The position numbers and the translations under genes were made by a program. From Podospora anserina (lineage: Eukaryota), in the NCBI GenBank assembly GCA_017654855.1, contig CM030333.1, positions 2,108,001-2,172,000 of the forward strand: 64,000 bases of DNA, in the 5' to 3' direction. The notes beneath the pieces were generated by a model. The model saw only the letters and a program-made list of their open reading frames with translations, searched no databases and was not told the DNA's origin. This document shows, one piece after another, positions 48,683-62,300 of this stretch (its first letter is position 1; each line of letters opens with the position of its first letter).

Positions 48683-51600
48683 TCACTCCTCATCGCTGCT
48701 ATCCACAATAAACCCTGCTCTAACCCTCGGTCGCGCTCGTACTGGCGCAGCGACCGGCATGTCGTCATCGGTATCTTCCTCGCCACCACCCTTGTCTTTA
48801 TCACCAACACCTTTTTCACTTGTCTGAGTAGCAGATTGCATCTCTTCATCCCCATCATCGTCAACCGGCTTCTTGCTCGGCTTCCTCTTTTTGGCAGCTC
48901 TCTTAGCCGGCGCCGGCGAGACTGCTGAAGATGATCGCTCACTTTCATCATCCGCTGTATTCTCCTCGTCATCATCATCCCTATCCATATCAACGTCCTC
49001 ATCGTCTCCCAAATCAGCAGCATCCGACTTTCTCTTGCCGCCCCTCTTGACGGCCTTCTTCGGTTTTGGCCTCTCCACCACCGCATCCTCGTCATCCTCC
49101 TCACTATCATCCCCGTCCAACAACCTCTCCCAAGCACTCTTCTCCACTCCCGTCGGCTTCTCCTTCTCCTTTTCCTTGGCCGGCCCCCCGTATGCCGCCA
49201 TCGTCTTCTGCCTCCTCTCCTCCTCCCTCGCAAAAAACTCCTTATCCGCCTCCTCATCCGACTCATCATCGCTCGCCCTCACATACACCTCACTCTTGAT
49301 CTTCCTCAACTTCTCCAGCTGCTTCAGCTTCCTCGCCTTCGCCCTCGCCGCCGCCTCCTCATCATCAATCTCCCTCACCTCCTCCACCTCCTCCCCATCA
49401 CTATTTATCGTCATCCTCTTCCTCCTCAACTTCTTCGGCCTATCGCCCGTAGGGTTGATCGACTTCAACCGGCCCGCAGCAAAAAGCGGCTCTTCCCCAT
49501 CATCCAAAATATCATCATCATCCCCATCATCAAACGCCGCCCTCTTCCTCGGCGCAGCTTTTGTCCCAGCAGATTTTCTGCGGAGTTGATCCTCCGCCAG
49601 CTCCCCAGCCTCAAAAGTAGGGGGCTCAAACTCTGCCTTGTTGATCATGTTCAGATTTTCCTTTAGATCATACGCGCTCATCCTCCCGGGAACGATCCAG
49701 ACCGAATCCGGAGTCTCATCCAACGTCGGCGCTAACCTCTCAAATCCAACTAGCTTCATCAACAGCCTCAAATGCGGGTTCTTGAACATTGCCGTTCGGC
49801 ACTTGTCATTGGATGGGTGTATCACTACAAGGCGGGTTGTCATGTTAGCGCGCACGGACCAAAAGTAAACAACCGCACAAGGCTCTGTGTTCAGGGGAAA
49901 ACTCACCAGTATACGGCGCCTCAGGCAACAACCCCACCACCACCTCACCATCCGTTGTCGCCCCCGACTGCCTCGCCTCCTGTTCCCCCTCCCACCCCCT
50001 TCTTTCACTTTCCGCCTCCGCCAAAGTCTTCTTCACCCACTCCAACCACTCCGTCTGGTTCCTATCCAGCAACACCCCCACCACAATCGCAATCTGCGCC
50101 TCCTTCTCCAGCATCTTGTCTTTAAACTCCAACTCTGCCCCCGGCCGGGGGTTTGTCGAAACCGAGCTCGTCTGCCTCTCGTAGCCGTACTCAAGGTAAA
50201 ACGCCGTTTGCTTTTCTTTGCTGAACAACAACTCGACAAACAACGCCGGTCGCTCTTCTAGCTTCTTGGTGCATTTCCTCAAAATCTGCTTCACCAGCTC
50301 TTCCCACTCTTTGTAGACCGACTTCCCGACAGTGGAAGAATCAAGTGGCTGAGGGCCCTTGATCATGTTGTAAAACAGGGAGATGATGTCCAGCCTGAAG
50401 AGCATAGTCCCCATCTCATGCTTAAACACCACCCGATAAAAATATCGATGCGCACGCTTGAGTTGTTCGGGAGAGAGGTCCTGGTAAAAGTGGGTGAACT
50501 TGACAAATGTGTCAACCACACCCTGGGGTAGAAATCTCGTGGCGAACTGGGCAAAGTTGAATTTGCGCTCTTGGGAGGTATGCTCCGCCTTGCGGGCATC
50601 GGCTTCGTCGTCGTCATCCGAGACGGGGTTGACGAGGTCTTCGTCTTCTTCCGCGTCCGAGTTGGTCCCCCCAGCGGCAACAGCCTCGGCCTGTTTGGCT
50701 TTCTTCTTCTTGCGGGTTCGTCGCCGGGAGCGGACTTGCATGTCGACGTTTTGCTTGGAGTAGGCTTCCAAGATGCGAAGGAACGTGTGGGTGAGTTCGG
50801 TACAGGCGTCGAGGTACTCGAAGCCTTGGTCTTTGAAGGTGCGCGCGACGCTGGCGATGGTATCGTGGGTTTTTTCTTCGTAGAAGAGGTTGCTGAGGAG
50901 GTTGTCGGCGATTTCTTCGTCTTCTTCGTTGCCGCTGTCGGTCATCTCCTGGATGGTGAGCAGTATCTGGGTAAAACAACGCATGACGGTCGTCAGCTGG
51001 GGCCAATTTTTGTCCGTGTAGGCGCGATCGAGGTATCTGTTGAGGGTGATGATCATCTCGGGCTGCAGAACACCGGCGACAAGGTTGAAGGTATTGACAT
51101 CATCTTCAGCTACTGGTTGGGCAGGCTTCTTTTGATCTTTGTTGGCTTGTTGGCGTACTCGTTCAGCTTCTAGGAACCATGATACCAGGTAGAAGAACTG
51201 AGCCTTGTGGCTTTCAAGAACGTGGCTCGCTTCTCGATCGATCGATCGCTGGAGGTGGAGGAATAGGGGGTTGAAGCCAGAGTCGAGGAAGTCAGAGACA
51301 AAATCCTTGAGCTGTTGACGGGCGCGTTCGTCGAGGTTGACAGGTAGACCTAGCTCCTTGTCCGCTTCGTCTTTCCTTGCTCGTCTTGGTGCCTTGAAGG
51401 TTTTGGAGCCGTCCATCTTCCGTTCTCGCGCAGCAGGGTCGAGTAATGCGTCTTGACCAGAAACTGTGACTGTTCTCCCATTTTCCCTCTTCACCCAAAT
51501 CATGGTGCCAAACCTACTATGCCTTGATGGCCCCTTCTTGTTGTAAGACCTCAGCATAGCCGCCTCCTTGTTCATGGCGGCCGTCAGCTCGTCCGTCTTG

Positions 51601-52462
51601 ATCTTGTTCAGCCGCTTTTCGCTGACAAAAAGCTTGCTCGAGTCCACCCTCTTGAGCAAGTGGAATAATATCTCCAGGATAATGACGTCCTCCGTCCGGA
51701 AGTCCTCGCCCATGTTCGATGCGATTGTCAAGATGGCAAGGAACACATCTTGGAACGAGAAGGCATCAATCAGCGCTGACCTCGAAATCTGGGATTCGTC
51801 CCCCTCGTAGTTGACCCCTGGCGGCGGGCTAATCATGGCGATATTCCGCAGGAAGTATAGAATCAACTTGATGATACCCTGATCTCTTGCTGTTCTGTCT
51901 CCAATCGACAAAGCCATACTCGGCAGAGCTACCCTGATCGCCGTATTCAAAATCTGCGCCGCATCAAAGTTGATAATCGCCCTCTTGTAATTCAGCTGCG
52001 CCAACTGCAACACTGGCAGATGTCTGTGGTGGTTGACCGTCATGGTCTCGGGGTCCTTCTCGATGGGCCAGGTAAGCGGTACCATAAGCTCGTAGCACGC
52101 CAACGCAACCTTTGACCTGTATTTGCTATCATTGTCGCTTGGCGGCCATAAAGCAAGAATCTGGAGGAGATCGGTGCAGACAATATTCGCTTCAGCGAGG
52201 CATCGCGCAACGTCCATGCGGTTCGTCTTCTCATCGTAGAATCGAATCCATTTCTTCAGATCGCGCAGGACTTCGAGGGCGTCGTCGCCGAGTTTATACT
52301 TGTCGTCGTCGCTGTCTACACTGTAACCACCCAGCTATTCCAACTGTCAGCCAACTTGTGTCAAGGATCGCTGGCGGGAAAGCCTACCGCAGAAACAAGA
52401 CTGTTGATGTGCGCCCGCACCTCGGGGTGCACAGTGTCGTTGGGGATCTCGTTGTCCTCCAT
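48683..52462 (-). CDS. tof1: Replication fork protection complex subunit Tof1/Swi1/Timeless
   Basis: [18 protein letters not shown]...[51 protein letters not shown] and an acidic C-terminus. Introns 52387-52335 and 49906-49825. Confidence 0.95.
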
Positions 52463-52584
52463 GTCGGAGTATTATTCTCGAATTTCGTTTATACCAGCAT
52501 ACGGTCTTCGTCTATCACGATACTAATTCGAATTCGTCGTCGTAGTATCTTGTTTGCTGTGGCTTGGCGCTCGTGGGCATGGAA

Positions 52585-52630
52585 ACGCGATGCTCAAACC
52601 CATTAAAATCAGACGCGACTGACCGCGTCT
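52585..52630. promoter_or_regulatory. Cluster of MCB-like (ACGCG) elements in the tof1 promoter
   Basis: ACGCGA at 52585-52590 and AGACGCG-ACTGAC-CGCGTCT at 52611-52630. Confidence 0.55.
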
Positions 52631-52853
52631 GCCCAATTAAAACAGACACAGTGCGCTCATAGTGTGTGTCTTGGAGCTCGCACTATCCTGGACAGGGCAC
52701 ATGGCAGAGAGTCGGCCGAAAGCAGCAATCGGTCCGGGGGTGGCCCTTGGATTTACCGAGGCTAGCCGACGTCACTCAGTCCGTCGCATTCACAAGAGAG
52801 CTTCATTCTCATTTTCACTCTTTTTTCCATTGTGTTTGTGTATTTCAGGTAAA

Positions 52854-54124
52854 ATGGCTTCTATCATGTCGGCTAGACAAGTGCTCCGTCTGGGCAACCG
52901 CCTCAGCGTTCGGTCTTACTCATCTGCTGTCAAGCATGAGGGCGCCCGCGATGTCAAGCGTCTCGGTGTTATCGGCGCGGGGCAGATGGTGAGCTTCCTC
53001 TTCATGAGATGAACATAGCAATTGTAGCTGACATGAGATGAACAGGGTCTCGGTATTGCCCTTGTGGCTGCCATGAAGGCCCAAGTCCCAGTTACCCTCG
53101 TCGACTCCAGCCAGAAGTCTTTGGATAAGGGCCTTGTCTTTGCTGGTATGTTGTCACTACCAACCCTGAACCAGACCCGTTAAGGGGCAACCCAAGCCAT
53201 GGAAAGGGGCACTCAAGCCACCAAAACCGGGCTTCAACCACTTCTCATTAACCCTCCCAATTCTCTTTATCAACCCTGGCCCTTCATTTTCCAGTATCAA
53301 TTTTGACTAACGACTCCCAGATACTCTTCTCGCCAAGCAAGTCGCAAAGGAGAAGCTCACTCAGTCCCAAGCTGATGCGGCGAGGGCCCTCCTCCTCCCC
53401 ACCACCGCCCTCGATGCCCTCCACGAAGCCGACTTCGTCATCGAGGCTGTCCCAGAGATCCCCTCTCTCAAATTCGAGCTCTTTTCCCGCCTCGCCTCCA
53501 TCGCTCCCTCCCATGCCGTCCTGGCGACAAACACCTCCTCCATCTCCATTACCCGTAAGACTCCCCTAACCCCTTGCTCCCCACCACACCATGTTGACAC
53601 CCATCCCAGGTATTGCCGCCGCCACCCAGGACCCCTCCAAACCTCTCGACACCTCCGCCTCCTCCCGCGTAGTAGCAACCCACTTCATGAACCCCGTCCC
53701 GGTCCAAAAAGGTGTCGAAATCATCTCCGGCCTCCAGACCTCCCCCACCACCCTCGCCACCGCCGTCTCCTTCGTCGAGAAAATGGGTAAAATTGTCTCC
53801 TACTCCGTCGACTCCCCCGGTTTCCTCGCCAACCGCATCCTGATGCCCTACATCAACGAAGCAATCATCTGCCTCGAATCCGGCGTCGGAGACCGGGATT
53901 CCATCGACGCTATCATGAAGAATGGCACCAACGTCCCCATGGGTCCGCTCCAGTTGGCGGATTTCATTGGGCTTGATACTTGCCTCGCGATCATGAATGT
54001 CTTGCATACGGAAACGGGGGATAGCAAGTATAGGCCGAGTGTGTTGTTGAAGAATTATGTTGCGGCCGGGTGGTTGGGGAAGAAGAGTGGGAAGGGGTTT
54101 TATGAGTATGCCCAAAAGAAGTAA
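52854..54124 (+). CDS. 3-hydroxybutyryl-CoA / 3-hydroxyacyl-CoA dehydrogenase, likely mitochondrial
   Basis: Arg-rich presequence; GVIGAGQMG, VIEAVPE, LATNTSSISIT, HFMNPVPV, DSPGFLANR, PMGPLQLADFIGLD and GKKSGKGFY. Introns 52989-53045, 53146-53320 and 53555-53609. Confidence 0.95.
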
Positions 54125-54716
54125 GTGGGCAGGAGAGGTGCTGTGTGTGTTATGATAGAATCTAGACAGCGTTTTTCATCAAGCCATGTATCAATGCTTA
54201 TATATGTTTACATATCTGTTGGTTATTTCACATCTATCCCTCTACTAGAGCATGACACCGCACGGTAAACCACTCAGATCATCCCCTTCTTTCCATTGTC
54301 ACTTACCTGCTTCAAAGCGCAAAACCAGTCGCCCTCTAATACAGAAACAAACCTCATTTCACGTCTACATAGCAACCACCCCCTTCCATTAAAAAGGGGC
54401 AACAAAACAATCCACTCCCTCAACCACACCCAGTACCCCTCAGCCCACTTTCCGTTTACCAATCCTCACCGCTATCCCCCCATTGACCATGCACTCAATC
54501 AAAATCCCTCTGCACGCTGACAAAAAAAACTTAGATTACACCCCGCAATCTATCCAATTTTCTCACCTCCCCGCAAAAAGTAGCCGACACCACTCGGTAG
54601 TGCTTTACAAAGTGCCCAATATTTTCGGCATCAGTCTACCAGGACAGCAGCAAACTTTCTCACGAATCTCTTTTTGCTTTTCTCCTCCTCCTACCTGTCG
54701 GATGAACCGGCCGACC

Positions 54717-54733
54717 TGTGTGTGTGTGTGTGT
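54717..54733. repeat. (TG)n microsatellite
   Basis: About 8 TG units. Confidence 0.8.
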
Positions 54734-54984
54734 TGCAGTTTTAATCTGTCCTCCCCCCACCCGTCACCCTACAGAAACTTAGCAGTTGAAAAGCTATTTT
54801 CGTCCCCTCTATTTGTTCATTCGGCTTGTCCCGAAGCCAGCCAGGTTCATCTCTCGATAAACCATCACCTGGGAGCTTGTGTGGTGAGAGCCCGCTAATC
54901 TCGCTGTGAGATCTTGGGGAGGAACAGGCCGTCCTTCACTGGAGAGAGATGAGAAGGTAACCAAAAACTACCCCAAGCACACCC

Positions 54985-55025
54985 CAACAACAACCACCAC
55001 AACCACAACCACAACCACAACAACA
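54985..55025. repeat. (CAA/ACCACA)n simple repeat
   Basis: caacaacaaccaccacaaccacaaccacaaccacaacaaca. Confidence 0.75.
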
Positions 55026-55728
55026 GCCGACCACCACCCCAGCCCAACCCTCTCCTTCCACCTTCCCCTTCCCAGGCAAAACTCCCCATCACCCATTTAA
55101 GCCGAGTGTAATGTGAATCAGCAACAATGCCGGGGGCACCCGCCCCTCCCGGTCCCCATCCCATGACAGCCAGTAAACCCCCCTCCCGTACCCCCAGACT
55201 CTCATATAGTACCTACCATGAAAAGAACGGATCAAGAGCAATATATTCCCACCCCGTTAGTCAAACTAGCCCGACCCCACCCACACACATCCCCTCAAAC
55301 TGAACCTTCAGACGGAAGTTCCCAGCAATAGAGAACCAAACCAAATGTGGCCAACTCTGACGGCCGGAACTGTCGTGTGATATGTCAACAAAAAGCAACA
55401 GCTAGGTTCGGGATGCCAAGAAGAATACCTCTCGTTGGTGGTGATGTTCTGATATAGGGGGTATATATCATAAACAAACCTCAAGGTCTTGATACTCCTC
55501 CCTCCCCGAGTGTCCGGTGGTCAGGCAAAAAATAACGAAACAGGCATGACATCAATCTTCCCGAAACCAAAACCAATACGCTCTCATCACGGAGAGCGAC
55601 GAAGCTTGTTTCTTTTTTCCTTGAAGCGGATCGTCCCAGCCTCCATCTGTCTGTCATGCAAATACATCCCTCACAAGCAAAACCGGCTGACAGGAAAGAA
55701 AGCGGGCGTTCGGAAAAAACATGGGGTT

Positions 55729-55731
<3 letters not shown>

Positions 55732-55771
<40 letters not shown>

Positions 55772-55786
55772 ACACACACCACACAC
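55732..55786. repeat. (CA)n microsatellite
   Basis: About 18 perfect CA units plus a degenerate tail. Confidence 0.92.
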
Positions 55787-56275
55787 AATACAGCAAAAAC
55801 CATGCTCCCCCCTCTTCGGAAAAGCACCCCGGGCTCACATCAAAAAAATCCGGTGTTTCCCAAAGGGGTAAAAAGACCATCCCATCCTGTTCCTGCGTAC
55901 TAGGAGTAGACCATGCCATGCAGAGAAGCCCGCAAGAACGGGGATGTCTCGCCTCTTGTTGGTTAGGTACCACAAGTAGTTTTCCCAACTTGCTAGCCCG
56001 AATGTCGTGTTCCACCCCTGTGTGGAAAACCAAGCAAGCAGGCTCCGAGTGAGTTCGAGGTAGTTATCTATCGATCGTGAACTCGAGAAAAAGCAGAATC
56101 AACCAATGGGGGTTGATAAACAAGTGAGGGAAGAAACAGTGGCTGGCAAAAACAAACCAAGACCTCCTCAGCTTCTCCCGGCGGCGGCCAAAGATTGAGC
56201 CTGGAATGGCAAGCCGAGGGAAAACCCCCATGTCCGCCATTTTTACCGGCCGGGCCTAGAAAAACAAAAATGCCT

Positions 56276-56302
56276 TTGTTGTTGTTGTTGTTGTTGTTGT
56301 TG
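56276..56302. repeat. (TTG)n microsatellite
   Basis: About 9 TTG units. Confidence 0.9.
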
Positions 56303-59300
56303 GCGGTAGGTAGCTTGGAGCTTACCTCCACCATAAGAAAGGTGGCTTCCAAAGGAAAAACTGACGAATCGGCACAAATTTGACAGCTTTGTTTTGATCC
56401 TCGGTATTGTGCTTGGATCCGTCAGTCTGGTCTTACAGCACAACACAGCAATGCCTTGTAACGGGACCAAAGTCATGTGCCACACAAGTCAAAGACAGTC
56501 CCATGCCTAGTTCGGTTGTATCTCAGGAATCAGGTGAATCATGCGTGCTCGGTGTTGAGTGACTCCTCTGGTCGATATCGAGTTACATCCCCGTTGAGTG
56601 GTTCTCGAAATCAGCACGGCTATTCGCGCAAGAAGGATGACAGGCATCTCCACTACCTTCGCAAGCTTATATATGGCGGGAAACATTATTTATCTCGACC
56701 TTAGAAAGCATTTTCGATCAGATCGTCAGGTTGGGGGTCTCGAACAAACAAACAACATGACCTAGAAGCTGTACAGCCAGGAACGCAGTGAATAGTTTGA
56801 GCAAGCCGCGTTTGACAACTCGGCTAAACAGACCCGTCAAAACGGTTCAAGGACAAGCGATTCGCGCCCACAAGCTCTCACGTCACGGTGGTAAGAAAGT
56901 CACTTGAAGGAAAGCCGATAATCACCAACGTTCTGCCACGCCGTGTTTGACAATTGCGTGATGCTGTACCAGGCGCCTGCGATATTCTTCGCCTGAGTCG
57001 CATCGTTGGGCTAAAGAGTTCTCTGTCGAATCGTAAACATGCCGGCAGCCGTGTCACAAGATGTCTTGTGAGGAGCTGAATGATAAGACACGGTTTGACC
57101 AGCAGCCATTCCACGAAAGGAAGGTCGGACACGCCAGCAAGTGCTGGAGAAGCAGGTGCGTCTCTTCGTGGGGGCTTCTCCTCGAGGCTCCTCCGAATCC
57201 TGACAAGCCCAGAAACTGCTCTCGAGCAGTCTGCGTCAAACTGCGCCTTGAGCGCAAGCGAGACAGCGCCGTCACAATGCGTAGCATGCGTTGCTTTGCA
57301 CGACCGGCCGGATTGATGAGTCCACGTGTGGCAGAATCCAAGTTAGGCTCGCGCAATGCACAATGCAGGCTGCACGGCTCGATATTAATGACGGTGGGTA
57401 ATGTGAGGGGAAGCCTACTTGGTAGGAGTGTGTCAAGCATCCTCGGCCTTGTCGAGTGCTTGATGATGTTCCGGTGGATAAGGAAATGCGCAAGCCATGT
57501 GGAACTAGAACTGATCCTCCGAACGGTCCTCTAACTCTTACTTTGTCGAGGCCGGGGAAGCCTCTGAACTGATGGGACATGTTCTGGGATCAATGGCCTT
57601 CCTTCAAACGAGCCTCGGAAAGCATATCTCTGCACAAGGTCCTGCCTTGAAATCTGAGCCATCCGTTTGGTCAGCCGCTTGTGTCTAGTATAGGGGATAT
57701 TTTGACACCGTCGGGTTGTAGCAACACGAGACCGACTCGCTCGCCTTGAAGCTGGCAGAGCTCTGGTGATACTGAGTGCACCGGGCACTTCGACGTGGCC
57801 CTAAACGCAGAAACGGAGGGTTCTTCGTGGCCAGCAAGGCCGTACAAGTGGCCCGTCGCCATCAGGCCGTTGGCATGACGTCTAGCTGGTGGTAAAATGC
57901 GGCAAAAACAGCGAGCATCAGCGCGTGTCTTTGGGCGTGGGCCGACAGCAAGGGGCTGGGTCTCGATGGTTTTTGCCGCCAGCTCGTGGCCTAGAGAAAA
58001 ATCTTGCCCTGGACGGAGCATGTTGCAAGTCTTGTCAAGGGTTGTGGAGGGAGACGCTTGATGTCAGCCCCCTTTCCACCCGCTCCTGCAGTTGAGATTC
58101 TGCAACTCAGCGAGCGGGTTATTTCCGGAGGACGACGATGCGACAGGTTCCCATGTTGATTCATCCCATCCCGCTGGTAGCCCGGGGATCGATCTGACGA
58201 GCTATTGACTGAATTTGAGTGCTTCAGTCTGCTGCCGTGTGTTCGCCCTGATGCTGGATCCACGGGGATCTTTTGTGTGAGGACTGGACAGCTGATCTAT
58301 TGGACAATCAGACGGCTTCTTGCATTCACAATAGGGGCCCGTATCCAGGGTTCCTGGATTCCAGATGATCGCACAAAGTTCTCGCCGTGCTTCATCTGCA
58401 GGCACGCGGCTTGCGCAACCCGGAAGTCGAGATTGTGCTCTGGCTAGAATTCGTGTTTGATCCAAACACAGGGATGGTGGCAGCTCACCAACGTCTCGCA
58501 AGCAGATTCAGGCCCCGAACAGCCGTCAGGGCTTCAAAAGGTGAAACTGGATATCTGATCTCGTCGTAGTCGTGTACTCCGGGAACCGGAACCTACACTC
58601 GCGGAGGGTGTAACTGGGAAATGCCGCGACGACAGGAATGACTTCCACAACACGAAGATGGTGGCAACTGAAGAGCCCATTCCGGGCAACCATCAAAGAA
58701 ATAATTTGGACACGAAAGACCTCTCGCCCTGCCAAATGAATTATTCAGGTAGAGAAGAGACACTCCGACACCAACCGTCTGTTCGTCTCAACAACGCGGC
58801 ATCGGGGATGCCCGGGTCTAGAGCTCTGAGCCCACTTCTGCCAGGAAGCAAACAGACATACAGGACCAAAAGGCGTAAGAAGCCAGCACGTGCGCTCACC
58901 GTTTTCGCGCTCCATGTACGAGACGGTTGTGAAATGGATGACCGTCGGGACCGACGAGACAGTTACGTCTGACGCATTATCCGGCACCGTCAAACCCGAA
59001 ACAGGCTGAGAATAGCAGTGGGCAACAGAGCACTCCAATTCCTCTCCGTGGAGTCTCTTGTTGCCACGGTCTGGCGTCTGCTATTCTTGTTGCAAGGGCT
59101 CGCCATCTACCCTATAGATAGGAGCTTGGATGCAGCAGAGCTGACATTTACCCCTATCAGATGAAGCTGTGGGGAACACAGCGAGACAAGCGCAGCTGCG
59201 TAAGCGCGGCGTCTGGGTAGGCGGTAGAGGCGCGAGGCAGGCCAGTAGCCATTCAGACCGTTTGAATCCTGGGGTACCAGTGCAGACTTTTTGCTGTCCT

Positions 59301-62300
59301 GCAACTGCAAGGCACCCGATCTTTCCACTGCCGAGAGAAGTCAGCTCGGTTTTACCGCGGCGTCTTCCAAACACCTCGGCATCATGCCCCGTCAGCCGCT
59401 TCTTTGAGATTCTCATCAGTCGTGACGGGAAAGTGGAGAAGTCAAGAAGGGTAACGCGGAGGAGGACTGGAGCGGCCCGAAGACCGGAGCACAAGCCCTA
59501 AGGATCCGGTCTGTGCCGCCATGCTTCTCACTTTCACCACCCCGAGGCAGCTTTGGGAATAGTCCAGGAACACGCTCGGCGCACGATGAGATCTGAGCAG
59601 CACCGGACGCAACGGTACTGAGCGGCTGCAACCACCCACCACACCCGTCCCGCTAAGCCCAATACAAGCAACGTGCGGGCTGCGAATTCTTTCTTTGCTT
59701 TGCCAATTTCCCTGCCAGTTGATAATGCGTTGTTTATGTCGTTTCAAGAGATTATGGCATGTCTGGTAGAGTCCGAAGAAATTCCACGACTGTGGCTCGC
59801 GGGAATTTGGCTTGCACGATCGGGGAATCTGGGGAGTCTGGGGGATCTGGGCTCTCGGTGTCGACAATGGCAAAGCGTGGTGTCGACAGTAAAGGAACGG
59901 ACAACCCCGAAGTCCTTAATCTGACGGTTAACTGCTGCATGGCGCATGGCGGCATGCTGCATACCGCAAGCAAGTCCATTGATTCGAATCACTCACCTCG
60001 GCCTTCACCTGGAGGAGACCTGGGATGCCCGGAGACAACATGTGAGGCGATGGTGGTGCCTTGGTGGTAGCCGCATACTGTCGGATGTAAAGAGACTGGG
60101 TTCTTTTGGAGCATGGAAAAAATATGGAAGGTGGTGCTTGCAGCCTCGACCAGGCAGCCAAGACCAAGAAAGAGAGCTGAAGAGGCAGGCGCTTGTTTGA
60201 GATTTTTCTTTTGCATTCTTCGGTGTCGAGCCGCTCTTTCCCCGGGAGTCGCCAAAAAGCTTGAACACTGATCGTGCTTGCCTTGTTTGGTCAGGCTACT
60301 CACTGACGAGGGTCCAGGCCGTTGAGGCCAATTCTTTCTTCCCAAAACGTCACCGTGATTCTGTTTGATTCGCAACGATGACCATCTAGGCGATGTGTCA
60401 TTCAGAGCCACCTACCGTCGCACAGCACCCAACCCCCGGCAAACCACTACCTACCTATCTATTGGATGCTTTCCGCTGCAGTGCTCACCTCTTCTTCCTG
60501 ACGCAGCAGTCTGTCTAGGTTGTCGGATTCCTCGTCAGTTTTCTACTTGATAAGATCCAATACTTCTTTGGTGGAATTGATCCATGGTCCCGTCTGCAGA
60601 AACTGATGGTCCGGGTTTAACAGAGAAGCGCCGGGGCCCCACCCAGGATGCCGCCGTGAGAAGTCAACTGTCACCCACGGAGCCGATGTCTGACGGGGGA
60701 CGGGGATCGGAGGCTACACTGGCTCCACATGGCCCCAATGGTCCGCGAACAGACGCCGGCATGCCCACCGGGCAAGACAGACAAATTGGCAGCGATCCCG
60801 AATCCGATTCGATGCATGCCATCCATCAGCTGTTAGGTGCTGCTGCAGTTGCAGTAGAGGGTGCGAGGCCATCTCCTGCTTCTTCTGGCTGCTCTGCACC
60901 CCTGATTGGGACGGGTAGCATTTCAACAATCAACTGCTAGATGGAAGCCAGCCTCGGACAGCCGCTGCCTTCCAACCTCTTTGGGAATGGCCCCTCCTGC
61001 TACATCCCCCATCTCGCTCTCGTCTGGCCTCATCGTTGCCCTACCGGTACCTACGCTAGCCCCTCACAGAACCACCCCTGGATGAAACCATGGACCGACC
61101 CCCCTGCTCCGAGAGGAGAGATGCCCCAGCACTGCTTGGCTCACGATCCCATCCCTGCTCGACTGTTAGCGGCACGGCAAGGGGCGTGCAAGTAATCGAG
61201 ACTTGGCCGGCTCTTCTCGCGACACCTCTCCGTCCTGCTCAATGCGACCCTCTGGCTGCACAACACCTTGGCTCTCCTGTAGTTCTCATCATACAGTTGC
61301 ACCAAACTCCACCGAATCCGGTGTACTCTCCTCTCTGGTGAAGCGCCCACCATATCAGCCTGCGGCTTTGTCGGCGCTGTTTCCCACTCCTCCGACTGCC
61401 CACCCCAAGGGCCCAAACCCTGCTCTGTCAGAGGCCACAAAAGACACCAGCTCTTCCATACTCCGGCACTGCGCACTTACAAGTGCCGTGCAATCGCACC
61501 AGAGCCGCCTTGCCCAGTGCCGCCGCCTCCCGGAGGCGTCTGGACGCTTAGCGACGTTCGAGTGTCTCCTCCCAAGCGCACCTACGCCGCCTGCTCCACC
61601 CCATCGTTGCTGGCGTTGCGTGCCTCTGTCAGACAGAAGAGACGGGCTCGGCAAGACGGGCTGACAGGGGGGTCAACAGACGGCTCAGACAAAATCTCTC
61701 TTGTCAGCGTGGTTCCCTACTGGCTAAAATGGAGCAGTCACTGTGAACGGCAGACCTCGTTGCTCACACGGTACAACCTTCATGGTCATCAACACCCCCA
61801 GCACTGCTACCATTGCCTCGACAGTGCTCCAGCGGTCAAACTCACCAAGCTACAACGATGCAGAATATCTATTCACCCGTGATCTAACCATTCCTTCCCT
61901 CTAAACGCCAGCTTCCAGGACAGAAAGACCTAAAACCTTTCTCTACTCCACATCCCGCAACACCACCCGCCCTCTACAATTGCCGCTTTGAGCTATCGCT
62001 GCCCCGATCTTGCTGTTGCGGAGGATGCCAGTGGCCTTGTCACTTCTTGATCCGATCTGGGTCCACCCCCCTCCCCTGGCCGCGCACCTTGTTGCCCAAC
62101 CACGCCCCTCCCTAGTGCTCTCACACTTGCCCTTTTTCTCCCGCAGCCACCAAGCAGCAGACACTGTACACCACGCCTCTCCTCCGAGTAGGATCGACAT
62201 CGATGATTGGCTTCAAGGCTTGAGGCAACGTCGACAACGGTCATGCTTTCTTCCGTGGAGTCGACACTGAGCTAATGTGAGGCAGAGCCAATCACCCGCC

